A DNA stretch of 63,778 bases, the filler included, from Intoshia linei (lineage: Eukaryota; Animalia; Orthonectida), in NCBI GenBank assembly GCA_001642005.1. It is 5 parts of 5 records of this genome, joined end to end, with 100 filler letters (N's around TTAATTAATTAA, not from the genome) between each part and the next. Parts side by side here need not be neighbours in the genome. Positions count along the whole stretch, not along the records: positions 50,444 to 63,778 come from LWCA01001018.1; 4 more parts are not named here. The stretch is one strand, 5' to 3'. The notes beneath the pieces were generated by a model, which had not been told where the DNA came from, did not search any database, and saw only the letters and a program-made list of their open reading frames with translations. Made by a program: the position numbers and the translations under genes. Positions 50,344-63,778 of the stretch are shown one piece after another; position 1 is the stretch's first letter, and every line of letters starts with the position of its first letter.

Positions 50344-50443
50344 NNNNNNNNNNNNNNNNNNNNNNNNNNNNNNNNNNNNNNNNNNNNTTAATTAATTAAN
50401 NNNNNNNNNNNNNNNNNNNNNNNNNNNNNNNNNNNNNNNNNNN
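50344..50443. other. Assembly gap with stop linker
   Basis: N44-TTAATTAATTAA-N44. Confidence 0.97.
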
Positions 50444-50586
50444 AATACAAGTTTATTCTACTAGCTATTTGAAAACTTCATATTAAATATTTATACTGAA
50501 TTAATATCGTATTTCTTAGAATTTTTTAAAAAAAAATTAATTATTTTTATCAAGTATAATTAAATTGTATAACATTAAAAATATTA

Positions 50587-51379
50587 CAGTCTAACTCGTC
50601 AATAATGAATACCGTAAATAATGAATTTCGATGATAATAAACGAGTTTTGGTAAAAATTCATCTCTTCTATAGTAAATTTCTTATAAATTCATTACTTAT
50701 CGTGATTTTTTAATAATGAATCTGAAAAAAATAAAAATATTTATTTTTTAACAAGGGGAACCAAGGTATGTAAAAATTTATTGACTAAATGGAATTTTAA
50801 CAGTTTTGAAATATGTCACGTAATTACGTTTTATTAGTCTATTGCAGTGTTTCTCAATCTTTTTTTCGCTGTGAACAATATTTTATTTATAAAAAATCTG
50901 TGAACCTCAATAAATAAACATTTTTCATATGCCCGGTTGGCGGGTGACATTTCATATTAACGAATATATGAATTTATTAGCATTCTTAAGTATATGTTTA
51001 AACCTATATAAAATAATTTTGTTAATTATATACTACGGTGTGAATCACTGGTCTATCGGATATAATAGATATGCATGTTTTTTAAAACATTGGCTTTCTT
51101 ACAAATCTACAATTTTTGGTTCATAAATTGGTACAGTTTTTAAAAAGGTATCCCTTTAATTCGAAATGTTGATTAAATCCCCGAAATAATTAATGAATGT
51201 GTCTATCGCATGAAGTTTGCCGTTAATTATTGACGAATTAGACTTGATTACGTATATTATGATGAAATAAACTTCATTGTTCAGATATTTCTTAAAATGT
51301 TCATTAAATCACCAAATTGTTTAATAATGAATGTGCCAAAAATCCGACATTTAACGTTCATTATTGAGAAGTCTGACTG
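50587..51379 (+). mobile_element. Tigger-type non-autonomous element, a shorter sister of 31400-32747 in the opposite orientation
   Basis: TA-CAGTCTAACTCGTCAATAATGAA...TTCATTATTGAGAAGTCTGACTG-TA. ORF 50929-51126 is nearly identical to ORF 31522-31734. Confidence 0.85.
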
Positions 51380-52066
51380 TATATACAAAACCGAAGACTA
51401 AAAATAATAACTTAAATATTTTACACCGAATGTTTATAAAAATTATAATAAAAATGTTAAGAATAAGATAAACATTTAATTTTTATTAATTAATTTGCAT
51501 TTAAAACTATATAAGTTATTATAATCTGATTTCATTTTTTGTTTTTGGGTATATGCGATTAGTTTATTTACAGAACTCAGCATATCTTGCCTCTCCTCCT
51601 TGGATATGGATGGTTCAGCATCGTCCGTATATAAAATTTAAGAATCATCAAAGTCGATAGATCGTTCTTCCCAACTAATAATAATTTACATTTAATATAA
51701 TTAAAAATATATCAGTGTTTCTTAATTAATTTTGTACATTCAACCGCTGGTGAATTATTTCGAGGTTTTAATGTTTAGGGATTTGGAATAGTAAAAAAAT
51801 GTTTAGTGGGTAATTTAACTTAAATATTTAAGAAACACAATATAACACAAAATAAATCAACGTACAAGTTATGTTCAAAATATGGGTTAGATTTATGCGA
51901 CCCATCAATAACACATTCTTTGAGTGAAATGTTTAAATCGTCACATCTTTTCATTAATAAATTATCATCTATCATTTCTACATCTTCGCTAATATCATTT
52001 ACATCCCCATTTACAGACATTATTTGTAGACCTAAATTAAATATTTATATGAAATTATCATTTTAC

Positions 52067-52462
52067 CTAAAGCTCTCCATGATTTTGATATTTCATTGTT
52101 TGTCAATTCATAGTACGAAATTGTAGTTAGTATTAATGCTATCCATAATTTGTTTAGCCTTATCCTTCAGCATATTCGAATATAATGGAATATTTGATTT
52201 GCGTCTATTTAAAAACCATATGAATAATATATTTTCCATATCAGGGTATTTTTTACTCCGTAACGATTTACTATTGATTAAATTCTTCGTTATTACCCTT
52301 ATTTTTTAAAATTGCATCCCTATTTTTATATATCGATATTACTGTTTGGCGGGGTTGTTTGTAGACATCAGCTACCTTTTGGTATGATTTACCATCTGCA
52401 ATTTCGGATATAATTTTTAATTTAGTAAATAAATTTATAGCAATTCTTCGTTTGATGGCCAT
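52067..52462 (-). pseudogene. Tigger/CENP-B-type tandem HTH DNA-binding region, frameshifted
   Basis: MAIKRRIAINLFTKLKII...VADVY...TVISIYKNRDAI (psq-like HTH), then after a frameshift KSLRSKKYPDMENILFIWFLNRRKSNIPLYSNMLKDKAKQI (CENP-B HTH). Confidence 0.8.
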
Positions 52463-55400
52463 AATTAAAATGAAAATAAGCAGACTTTGAGTCATAATTT
52501 AATTTAATTTGGCAATTATTTCACTCAGCAACAATTTCAAAATTGATGTTTTATTGCTGTATTTAATAATGAGAAACTACTGTACTTATTTAGTACTTAT
52601 TTTTAAATGTCAAATGACTGAAATCAAACGTCAAAAATAAGTACTACAGATTTTTGACATTTAAAAATAAGTACTTTTGTGTAATAATAAAGCTCCGGTA
52701 TCCATGGACACCGTGCACTTAATTATCAACCTACAGAAGAATAGTACAATTTGTAATATTAATTAAATATTTATTGTAATAAATGAGTTTAATGAGACCG
52801 ATAGCTTCGAACCATTACATTTTGTTAAAATAAGTACTTATGGACACACTATTTAAACTGAAAATGTTTTTCGTCATCATAGATAAGTAGTTTTGACTTT
52901 ACATTTAACACCAAATAAACTAAAATTGATAGTACGTATTTTTTCTGGTCACTTTATCTAATTTCCCTTTTAATCAAATTCAGCTTAATTTTTATTAACA
53001 TTTTTATAAGATAATTTTAAAATGACAAAGGGAACTCGAATATATAGCATTAGATATTTTTATTGCGAAATATTACATAATTGGAAAGTTTGAGAACTAA
53101 TTGTCCTTGGTGTTTAGATAGGTGTGACACCCTAATATCCAGTAAATATAATGCAATGTAACAATTTGATGGATGAATTCACCATATATAATTGATAATG
53201 ATTTTTAACCCATAATTAATGTCATTTTTTAATTAAATCGTGCAAAATGTCATGATTTTATAATAATTTTATTTAACTTGAATAATGTGTAAAATTTTGG
53301 TTGCATATTGGCGAATAATTTAAATTAAAAGTGTAGTAACTCCAACTCAGAAACATTCAATAAGTATCAAATTTTTAAATGATTAGTATAACAGCAATTA
53401 TTTAATTTATATATTGTCAAAAGACTCAATATTTTCATATGCTTTAATTAATTTTTGCGTTAGTCGAGATTTTATGTAATATAATATATAAAATATAAAA
53501 CAGTAATTTTCAATCATATTTAAAATTTTATTTTCAATTTATAAATATCATTTATATTATGACATTAAATATATAAATGTATGTTTTACATTAATATACT
53601 TGGTAACTTAAATAAAACAAGAATTCTAAAGAGAATCAAGCATTGTGTCAATATTCTATTGTAAATAAGAACAATATTTACAATCGCCAATTAATTGCCA
53701 ATAAAATTATTTTGCAGAGAACGTTGTACAGTTAACAACTTAAATTTTTACAGTATTACAATTCTTTGAATGGCAACACTTTTAAATATTTTACATAAAG
53801 GTATATTAAATTAAATCATTTATTTCCAAACCAGTAAATAAATTTAGGCTCCATTGAATGGGTTTGGTAGTAAATTAGTTCAATTATATCAATTTTTATT
53901 TTAAAAATAACGTAGTTGAGAAATAGTTTAATCAATAGAATGGAGTGTAATGTTCTAGTCGTTTAATTATATAGATGTTATTGATTTAAACAAGTTACTT
54001 GATTATCAGTTTTAATTTGAAAAGCTATTTATCGATTAATATCAAACTGGTTTTATGTATATTGAAAATAACACAACCACGTTTGTCAGGATAAGTCCAT
54101 ACTTAATTATTATTATCCTGATTATTATTATATATATATTAATCCTGTCGTTTTATTGTTTATCGTGATGTTACTTAGTATTCAAAGCGTAGGGATTTTT
54201 TAATATATAACCTTCTAATCATATTACAAGTAATTTAGTTATATAGCAGTTTTTTTGGATACTGAATAAAAAAATTTACTGTAATATGTCACTAAATGTA
54301 TAAATATGTTTTGTTTGATATAATGAATTTTTAATGTTATATTTATTTTATATTATATTATATACATGTATAATTGTTTGTCAGGAATTTTTTACAATTT
54401 TACATTTATAATTAAAATTTGTAAATATGAGATCAATTTTAATTCATCATTTCAGCATGTCAAATTAATGTAAAGTGGATAAATTTTTGGGATAATTTTA
54501 AATACTTGTTATAATAATAATTTATTATTGTAAATAAATATATTGTCAGGTTTAGTTTTTAATTAAATTTGAATGGTTTTTGACGCGTATTTCATTATAA
54601 TAATAATTAATGTTATTGGTAGATTGTAAAAATTACAATAAAACTTTATTAATTATCAACATATTGAATTTTAAAAAAAATTTCAACCTCAGTCCACTTG
54701 AATAATAATTTGAACGCTATATACCTCATGCTCGGCTTTGTTTTTCATTTGGAGCTTATAATCTATAGACCGAATTTTCATTTGACGTAAGGGTTTTTGA
54801 TTATTATTTTAGTTTTACGAGGTCATAATTACATAATTAATATATCATCATTCAATTAAAAATTTAAATTTATTTCATTTAATAATGTAGTATAATATTT
54901 TTATCGTTTGCCAATCCTTATCGTTAATGTGTATGAGTAATGGCTAACATATTGTTTAATTGGAGCAAGGATTAGTCATGAATTACGATTCATGGTAAAA
55001 TAAAAAGCCTATAATTTCAAAAATAGTATAAAATAAGCGAATCGCTAAATCCCAAGTTCAATCCTCTATTGCAAAGTTAATAAAAACTTGTTACTGTCGT
55101 TTTTTCACATCAATTTCTCTAAATTAATTTCAAGATAAAATCTATTAGATACATATATACCGTGATAACAGCTTGCATATATTAACATTTGAGAATATGA
55201 AAATATGAAAACCTGACAAATTTTTAAACAACTTTTTTAAGTTAAACCAATATGAGGTTAATTTTTTTATATTATAGATTTATTATTGACATTATGTATA
55301 TAACATTAATTCATTTTCAATTTTTTAACATTTTTAGCCAAGAATATCAATTTTTACTTGGTATAATATGTATTTAACTTTAAATATAATAGTTGATTAA

Positions 55401-56740
55401 TTATAATTTATGTAAAGATAAATTATAATGCCAACGAAATGTTTCGACATATAAACTATTAACTTGGCTAGTAAAAATATACTCTCTATCCCCGTTTTTT
55501 AATTTTGAATTTCCTCTGCTGTATAAAGATAGTTTGCATTTTATTTTTAAAGCTCACCTTTTTTTAAAAAAGGTGATTATACTAGATTTGTTTTTTATGT
55601 TTTTATTTTTGTGTTCATTGGTATCCTCTTTTAAAATTATATTTTCCAAAAGTTAATTCATAATTTATGGCTTAAATATTCGAGTATGTCTCTTGCACAT
55701 TAATGATTCTCGATTTTTTGGTATTTAAGTAACAACGGAACAATTTTTTTTAAATTATTTTTAATTCCCATATATTTGATTTATTCAATTTTTATATATA
55801 TATATATTATATCTTTTTTCAATTTATAGCTAAAATAAGTAACTTTGATTATAATCTGTTATTATAACTACTTACTAAAAATTGATATATGAAAAATCTT
55901 AAATCATTGAACTAACAGAATAGAGACATACATAACATATAATTAATATGGATCTTAAAGTAGCAGATACCATTAAATATACCAAACTATAATGTATACA
56001 TAATGTATAAGAAATTAAGTACATTATAAGTTAATTATTATTTTCAATTATTTTGAGAAATTTAAAAATATTTATAATTTATGAATCATAAAATCTGAGT
56101 CATAATATCAGACGAGCTCATACTCAAAATAATTAATGTAGCACCAAATGGGGTTGCAGTATTCTATTAGCTACCACTGATCTAGAGTATATTTCCTGTT
56201 ATGTAAACACTGTTTATTTTAAATAGTGTACATTTTATTTTGTAATTTTTTCATTTTTTAATCTCATTTGTAGTGCTAAACCTATTGTCTTATTACCCAT
56301 GTTCGGGCACCTTGATGAATTTTTTGAAAAAGTTTGTAAAATCAGGCTTCATTCATCTAAATTGAGCATTAAAAACATTATTCATGATATTCTTGAATAT
56401 CGTCACTATTGATATATTTTATGTGTTAAATTTAAAATATCTAGTCAAAAGTCTTAGACAGGTGACTAGGGTTATAGTATATATACTAGGCATCGTTTGT
56501 ATTTTTTTTAATTTTCAGTAGCCTGGAGCTGTGTAGTTTCGGAATTCGGCACTTCTCAATAGGTCGTACCTAATTTTGCAAATTTTGATCAATCTTCAAA
56601 TAGTTGTACTCCAGTTCGAATAAATGTATGGGAACTATAAAATTGTGTTTTTTACGTCGAATGGGTGGTTTTTTTGTTTTTTTAATAAAAAAATTACGTC
56701 AATAAATATTGAGTCATTACTATATATTCAATATTCATTA

Positions 56741-57150
56741 CTAGCTTGACTTTTATGTACTTCGTACACACAGCAGCTAGCTCTTACAAGTGAAAACTTT
56801 TATAATTCTTCCAAAAAAATAAATTCACTAAAATCTTATTTAAAAATGTTTCTATTCACTATTAACAATCCTTTAAAGAAGTGGTTACAAAAATTGTTTC
56901 ACCATGGACCGTTCATTTCACATTAACTTTTAATTTAAAATAAATTATTTCCATTTAATTTTATTTTGTTAACATACTTGAAATTGTGTTATAAACTTAA
57001 CATTTGTCTAAAAATTTTTGAAAAAAATTTTGTGATCCCATTTTTTTAATTTATTAAAGAGAATGAGTTTATAATCTTAAAAATAAATTAAAAACAGTAT
57101 AATTCTAAAAATTTTCATAAATAACTTGTATTCGAGAAAAAATAAAATTG
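56741..57150 (-). mobile_element. Old, diverged Helitron 3' segment
   Basis: A-CTAGCTTGACTTTTATGTACTTCGTACACACAGCAGCTAG start, colinear with the family 3' end. Confidence 0.75.
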
Positions 57151-57206
57151 TAAATAAGCTGTACTTTGCTGTATTTTTTACTAATATTTTTCTTTTTTAC
57201 TAATAC

Positions 57207-57745
57207 AGTATAACGACTCTTTATTAACGGAATTGAAAATTTAATAAATATTTAATTATCCCCATAGTAACATCCTTGTTAACGGAGTTTAATTTTTTTA
57301 ATAAAAACCATTAAATGGTCATATTTTTTGTTACTATAGTTTTTGAATAATACATGATGAAGTAATATACACAAAACATTATCAACGGGATTATTTGGAC
57401 TCCTGGGTACCCAACAGTTTTTTAGTGTTCATGAAAAATTTTAAATTTAAAGTTAAAAATGATATTTCCGCCATGATAGTAATTATTTGTAATTAACGCT
57501 ATCTAATTTAATATCTATTAAAAATTTGATAGAAACTGTAATAAATTGACTTTTAATTAGTAAAAAAATTAGTTTATATTTATAATATAATCATCATCAA
57601 AAATAGATTCTAGACTTTAGAGATTAAATTTTTATTAAAAAAATTTTTGGTTCATACAAATTCGTTAAGAAAAAATAAATAATTCAAAATTCCGTTAAAA
57701 TGGAATTTCCGCTAACAAAATTTCTGTTAATAAGAACTTAAACTG
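57207..57745. mobile_element. Degenerate Tigger-like MITE
   Basis: TA-CAGTATAA...TTAAACTG-TA ends with subterminal TTAACGGA/TCCGTTAA repeats. Confidence 0.5.
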
Positions 57746-59633
57746 TATTAATAATAATCTGGTAGATAATTAGATAATCTGCTTTCGATAAGTAAAAAAA
57801 TATTTTGTATCAATAATTAACGGACTCTGTACTTTAACATATATTTCATGTCAATTTTACCAAACTATCTCATAATGTATGTTTTATAAAATTTTAAGAT
57901 TTGATTCATTTTTAAAACAATGCCTAATTTGTAGTTTTCAAGATGAAGGTGTATTTTTGTGAGGCGGAGATTTACAACAATGTTAATGATTTTAAAACGC
58001 GTCTCAGAAACTTTTTTTATATTCTAGGACTGATGTTATTTTAAAAAAAATAGAAATTTGGATTTTTGAACCTGAAAGACTTAATTTTAAAAAATCAATC
58101 TTAGATATAAACATCACCCGCGAAAAACTGTATTAGAATTGTTAAGTTTTTTTTTAAATAAACCGTTACGGTAACAAACATAGACATTCAATTTTATATA
58201 CATAAATTTACATACAAAGTACAGAATAATAAAATTAAAATAATAATTATAATATGTACTGTATAATATTTTTTTGTAATAAATCATTACATTAATAATG
58301 ATAATGAAAGACGTGTGTTTATTAAACTTATATGACAAAAATTAAAAATTTCTTCAACATAAATGGGTTATAATTAAGATGGTGTGCTTGATAGTTTTAT
58401 TCCAATGAGGATTTAGAAAAAATGTTTATATTTGATATATTGTTATACATACCATATTAATAATTATATTGAATAAATATTTTTCATCTGTTTATGAGTT
58501 TCTGAATATTACACCGTATATTTTGATATACTACTGTGTATAAGTAGAATTTTCGTTATAAATAACATCGATCTTTAATTTAATATACAGTATGTATTAG
58601 ATAAATGACTGATTGAGTGTCAATATTACTGATCTTTAACATTTACACACTAATCGCAATAATTCTATAATTTACACATAATAATATTAATAAATTACAA
58701 GTTTGTTTGTGTTTGTTACCAATTTTCAAAAATAACATATTTTCTTGAAATGTTCGATTACCCAAGAGCCCTCCACTTTAACAATCCAGATTATTAAATA
58801 TACTCAAATGTGACGCATTAATTTTCAAGTTTACATGAATTGATGAATATAGCAAATTCTCATTACGATAGTAAATTAATTTGATAGTTACAGTGCTGCA
58901 ATGTTAATAACCTTTATAATTATTGAAGATATTTATTGATTTATTCACGTATATGTAAATAAAAATTAATATTCAACATTGACAATAATTATAACTGATA
59001 AGGCAAATCAACTAAAAAACTGATGCATTTATTCAAATTTATAAATCGAATTAATATATAAGTAATATAATAAATGTACATTGTACAATGGTTAGATGTA
59101 GATTAATGGTTTTGTTTCTTGTAAATTTGTCTTATATACATCACATATCATATTTTTAAGATTATATAAGAGATTAAGAAATGAATACTTGATTATTGTA
59201 TAAGATCAGTTGTTAAAAATTTCATATCAAGACATGTCTATGATATTATTTCCATTATATAATGTGTAAAATGTTATTGACTATGATTTTAAATAAATAA
59301 TTAGTATTGTGGTAAATTAAATGTTAATGTAGGTTATAATTAACAAATAAAATATTGATTTTATAATGCAAACAAACTCAAACAAATAAAATTAAATATG
59401 AATTTTTAATTTTGATTTATAATTAACTAACCCAGGTGATTACAAAATGTTAAAAAATATAAACGCCCATGTATAGCATATTTCTATTTCAATCAAATTC
59501 AGTATGTTGTATTCTATTTAACCTTAATTTTACTGATTATAGTACATTTAAATTTAATAATATTTTTTTTTAGTTTCATCAAAGATATTTTGATCAGGAC
59601 TGAACTGTACATACTTATATTATCATCTCTGAA

Positions 59634-59920
59634 ATGAAGAATCTTTACTTTGCTTTTATAATAGTATTATATTTTACGAAACCACACTACACTCAAACAT
59701 TAAATTCTACCTTAAACAAAAATGATACTTTGATTTCAACTGCAACTAGTTGTTTGTTAGTTCAACATTGCAAAAATGGAGTCATCTTACCAGCTTGGAA
59801 ACCCATTGTACCTATTAGTTTATTGGATCAAATTGGAAGAGCCATTGTATACTTTTTCATTTTATGTTTCTTTTTTATTGGCGTTTCAATTATTGCTGAC
59901 CGTTTTATGACATCAATTGA
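59634..59920 (+). CDS. Sodium/calcium exchanger (NCX, SLC8 family), first coding exon; the gene continues beyond the window
   Basis: Signal peptide, then CKNGVILPAWKP...GRAIVYF...FFIGVSIIADRFMTSIE|gt, which is the conserved NCX N-terminus. Confidence 0.92.
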
Positions 59921-60274
59921 AGTAATTTTATTTCATATCTATTATAAATTTTGAATAATGTCAATTGATCGTAATAAGAATGATCATCAAGAAAAACGTA
60001 GGAAAAATTTTAAAATATATACTTAATTTTTAACATCATCAAATTAGATTAATTAATTAGTAGTCTAGATTAATGTATGCATTATGTACAGATTTGAATT
60101 GTACACCCATCATCAATTTTTAGTAACTGCAATCTAAAAAAGTTTTCCTATGAACAGTGATTGTCACACTTTTATACGCTATTCTACCTAAATTTAAAAA
60201 AATGAGTTTACCGCATCAAAAAAATATTTTTCCCGTCGTCAATCTTTGTTGATTTGAATGACGACACTTGTTAA

Positions 60275-61548
60275 TCTTTACTTATATAATATGCTACGCA
60301 ATATTTGTTTGTGTGTGTGTGTTCCACTTTATTTCAATAATTACCAGTCTTAGAATTTTATAAAGTACACATTTCAATTATGGTTGTTTCCAGGGATGTA
60401 ATAAAATCAATTTCAACTTCCCAAACTCACATCTTACGGGTCAAAAACCCCAATTACTTTTGTTTTATGAAAACAGCCCTAGAATTTACTAAAATTTACA
60501 GGTAGTACAGTTGTATCTTGTTAACACACAAAAAAATTTCAATCCGAATAAGTGACGACTTCATGGTCAAAAAAGTATTTTAGTATTAATATATTTTTTT
60601 TTTGAAATATTTTATTAAAACAAAAAATGTGAAATAATTAACGGTCCGAAAATTAAAAAAAAAAATTATCTGATAGAGCTTATTCCAGTTGATATAAATA
60701 CAAAATATCAACTCCAGAAATCTACGCATTCCCGGTGAAAAATAATTTTTAATGTATTATCAACCAATATTTTTCAAATATTTCAATTAAAATAAAAATT
60801 AAAAATGTAAATATTGATCCTACAATTTCAAAAAAAATGTGCAGTAAACGTCTACACATTTCCAATACAGAAATATGGGTAAAAAACTATATAATTCATT
60901 CCTTCGGATTTTTTTCATTGCTACGCAATTTTTAAATTTCAAATTCGTATTTTCAAAAGATTTTGTATAAAATTTAAATTATAACACTACAGCAAAGAAT
61001 TTATAAAAGTCATACAACTTTGTTATTATTATTTTTATATTTATTACAATCCTTTGCAATATTGGTAAAATTCGGCTGAAATATGTTTATAAAGTCAAGA
61101 TTCCGTTAATTATTGATACATAATTGTTATTTTTAAGTATTTATTAAATTGGTACTGAATATATATTATCACATTGAAAATGACAAAATGGGTTTTTATA
61201 ATTTTATGTTTTCTGGAATTGATGATATTTATGACAATTTTTAGGATTGAACTTTTTTTACTTTATTTTAAATATTATACTCACATTCTGTCTAATAAAT
61301 TAAAAAAATAAGATAACAACTGTTTTTAAATTCTTTACATTCTAACAAAAAATTAAGATGGTTAATAATTCAGTTTGAAGTAAAAAGTAATGTGATATAA
61401 TGGTTCCACCTGAAACAAGTTTGGGAACCACTCTTTTAAAGAATTGATAATAGTGAATAGTAAGATTTTTAAGTTAGATTTTAAATTTTTTTGGTAGAAT
61501 AAAAATGTGCCCTCGGCAGAGTTAGGTGCTGTCTGTACGTAGTACATA
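60275..61548 (+). mobile_element. Near full-length non-autonomous Helitron (~1.27 kb) in the NCX intron; reference copy for the family
   Basis: A|TCTTTACTTATATAATATGCTACGC start, (GT)n microsatellite, and 3' GTGCCCTCGGCAGAG...TGTACGTAGTACA hairpin. The final CTAG is missing here but present in sister copies, nearly all followed by T (A-T target, no TSD). Confidence 0.85.
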
Positions 61549-63657
61549 TATATGTATCTTTTTAAAAATACTTATTTTTTGTATATTTTTACGCTGCATA
61601 TTTTTGATGACACTACTTTAAAAAATTAAATTATAAAAAATCGTTATAAATTATAGACTAATAATGTAATTACAGTGAAATTCTAATTGAATCAAAAATG
61701 ATTATTTTATATTCCCTTAAGATGAGTAAAGTACATTTCAAATTTGTTAAATTTCTAAAATTTTACATTATTTACGATCAAATGATTTTTAAATGAACAA
61801 TTGTAATTAATCATTAATTTTAAAGATGATTAAAAATATTGACTAGCATAACTATGATACCTTTTAATTTATAATTTTTAAAATTTTATTGGAAAGATAG
61901 GATATTTCTCTTAAGCTTTGGTAATATTGGAGTTTTAATTTGTGGGTTGGATTAAGAGGTTTTTCTCTTAAGATTTGGTAAAATGGTGAATTTGGTGTTT
62001 TTCAAAAAAATATTGGTAAAAGTTCATTTTTCCTGATGACTTGAAATGGTATTTTTAATTAAATTTTATTAATGGTGGGATAAAAATTGTATTTTTGAAA
62101 TAGTAATGTAGCGGTCGCCTAGGCTTTGAGATAATCAAATTCTAGAAACTCCGTAATAAATATTAAAAATTGTGCTCTAAATAAACAAAAGTTGATCAAA
62201 ATTTTTCTATAATTTGTTTGAATCTCATTTAACCCAGGCATATAATTTTGGACACGAATCGGGAACTGTTTCAATGTATACATTATTTATAAAAAATTCA
62301 GTAAACGAGATTGTTTTTCTAAAAAAATTTCTCATTAACGGAATGAAACTTTTCTTCAGAACCAATTAGTCCATTAACGAGGAATTATCCTGTATTATAA
62401 ATATTTTATAAATAGTTAACCTTACAAATATATATAATATATAAATTATAATTATAATTGAGTATATATAATTATATACTATAATATGTATTGAAATTTT
62501 TAATTATAAGTATACATGTTTATAATTGTTATATTATTGGGGCATTCCAACCGTAGTAACGCATTTCATTATCATTAAATTAACTATACGTATACTATGT
62601 ATATTGAAATTTATTAATGTTTTTCAATATTTGTTAAATTCCTCGCACAATCGATCAAATTAATTTGGTTAACAGTAATGTCATTTTAATCAATAGTTTA
62701 ATCGATGTATTAATTTGTAAATGTTATTAAATCAATAAATTGGCACTACTATATTCTATTAAAACGCACATACTATAATAATAATTAACCATATTATCTA
62801 ATAGTGGTTTTGAAATGATGATGAGAATTACCCCTTAACAATTTCACCTCTTTAAATGTATATTAATAACATTAAACCAATTTTAATTGAATTACACATT
62901 TTACATATTGTATATTGATAATATTATTGATAATAATTATTATAATTACAATTCTAGTAAACAATTTACAATTAGTACAATATATATGATATATTATTAA
63001 GGATATCAAGAATATTATTATTTCTTTAAATCAATAAATTCATTAGCACCGTCAAAGCCATATCATAATTATAAATTATATATTGCTGTGAGTCATCAAA
63101 ATCAAATACGAATATAGAATGATTAATATTTTGGATTACTAAAAGAATTTTTTTAATTACTGTTACATGTCAATTTGAACACATCAAACACTGAGTTTTC
63201 CAAAAATCGAATAAATCATTAACTGTGAAGTGTTGAACACAAGGCCGTTTAGAGGGGGCTAGGGACCCATATATCAGGGCTTACAATCCTGAGGGTCTAA
63301 TTTTTTAATCTATTAATAGGTAATGTTGGAAGATTTCTTAAGTACACAAAATGAATATTAAAATAATTAACTGAATCAGCACTTTAAAAACGTATTTCGG
63401 ATGAATTTTACCAACATTGCAAAGCATTGTAATAAATATAAAAATGATAATAGCAAAGTTGTACTTTGTAGTACTTCGTTGTTGTAGTTTTGTACTAAAA
63501 TTTAGTAAAATTTTGTTCAAAATGATTTTACATTTATTGAAAATGAGTATTTGAGAATGAAAAATTGCTTAGCAATGAAAAAAATTCCGAAGGAATGAAT
63601 TATATAGATTTTCACTTATATTTCTTTATTAGAAATAAGTAGACGTTCAATGAACAT

Positions 63658-63778
63658 TTTTTTGAAATTTTAGGATCAATATTTACATTTTCAATTTTTT
63701 ATTTTAATCAAAATATTTGAAAACTATTGATTAATAATATATTAAAAATTATTTTTCATCGGGAATGCGTAGATTTCT
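63658..63778 (-). mobile_element. Helitron internal fragment running off the window
   Basis: Reverse complement of family positions ~60715-60835. Confidence 0.8.

Overview
Very AT-rich, intron-containing eukaryotic (animal) genomic scaffold made of five contigs. The joins are 100-bp artificial linkers (N44-TTAATTAATTAA-N44). Many introns are very short (35-50 nt) GT-AG and the proteins are highly divergent, suggesting a compact, fast-evolving invertebrate genome, possibly a parasite (inference only). Genes assembled by hand from splice sites: a bilobal transferrin/melanotransferrin-like gene (-), a coiled-coil protein with an acidic tail (-), two tandem LCAT/PLA2G15-like lipase-fold paralogues (-), the 5' half of TMEM245 (+), a divergent AIF/AIFM1 flavoprotein (+), a TM-RING-H2 ligase (+), a polypeptide GalNAc-transferase pseudogene (-), an unidentified membrane protein (-) and the first coding exon of an NCX/SLC8 exchanger (+). 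Introns and intergenic DNA are packed with a ~1.25-kb non-autonomous Helitron family (at least 15 fragments), Buster/Charlie hAT MITEs with nnnTAnnn TSDs, Tigger/pogo and Tc1 relics, and a degenerate 2.3-kb TIR transposon. The most interesting points are: (i) several apparently maintained genes with substituted catalytic or ligand residues (LCAT-like AHEYG, transferrin without the full D-Y-Y-H set, degenerate AIF redox motifs), and (ii) Helitron junctions (a head-to-tail CTAG|TC junction, a recurrent internal breakpoint, head-to-head pairs). I found no clear evidence of an entirely new biological system, and no RNA genes or CRISPR arrays.
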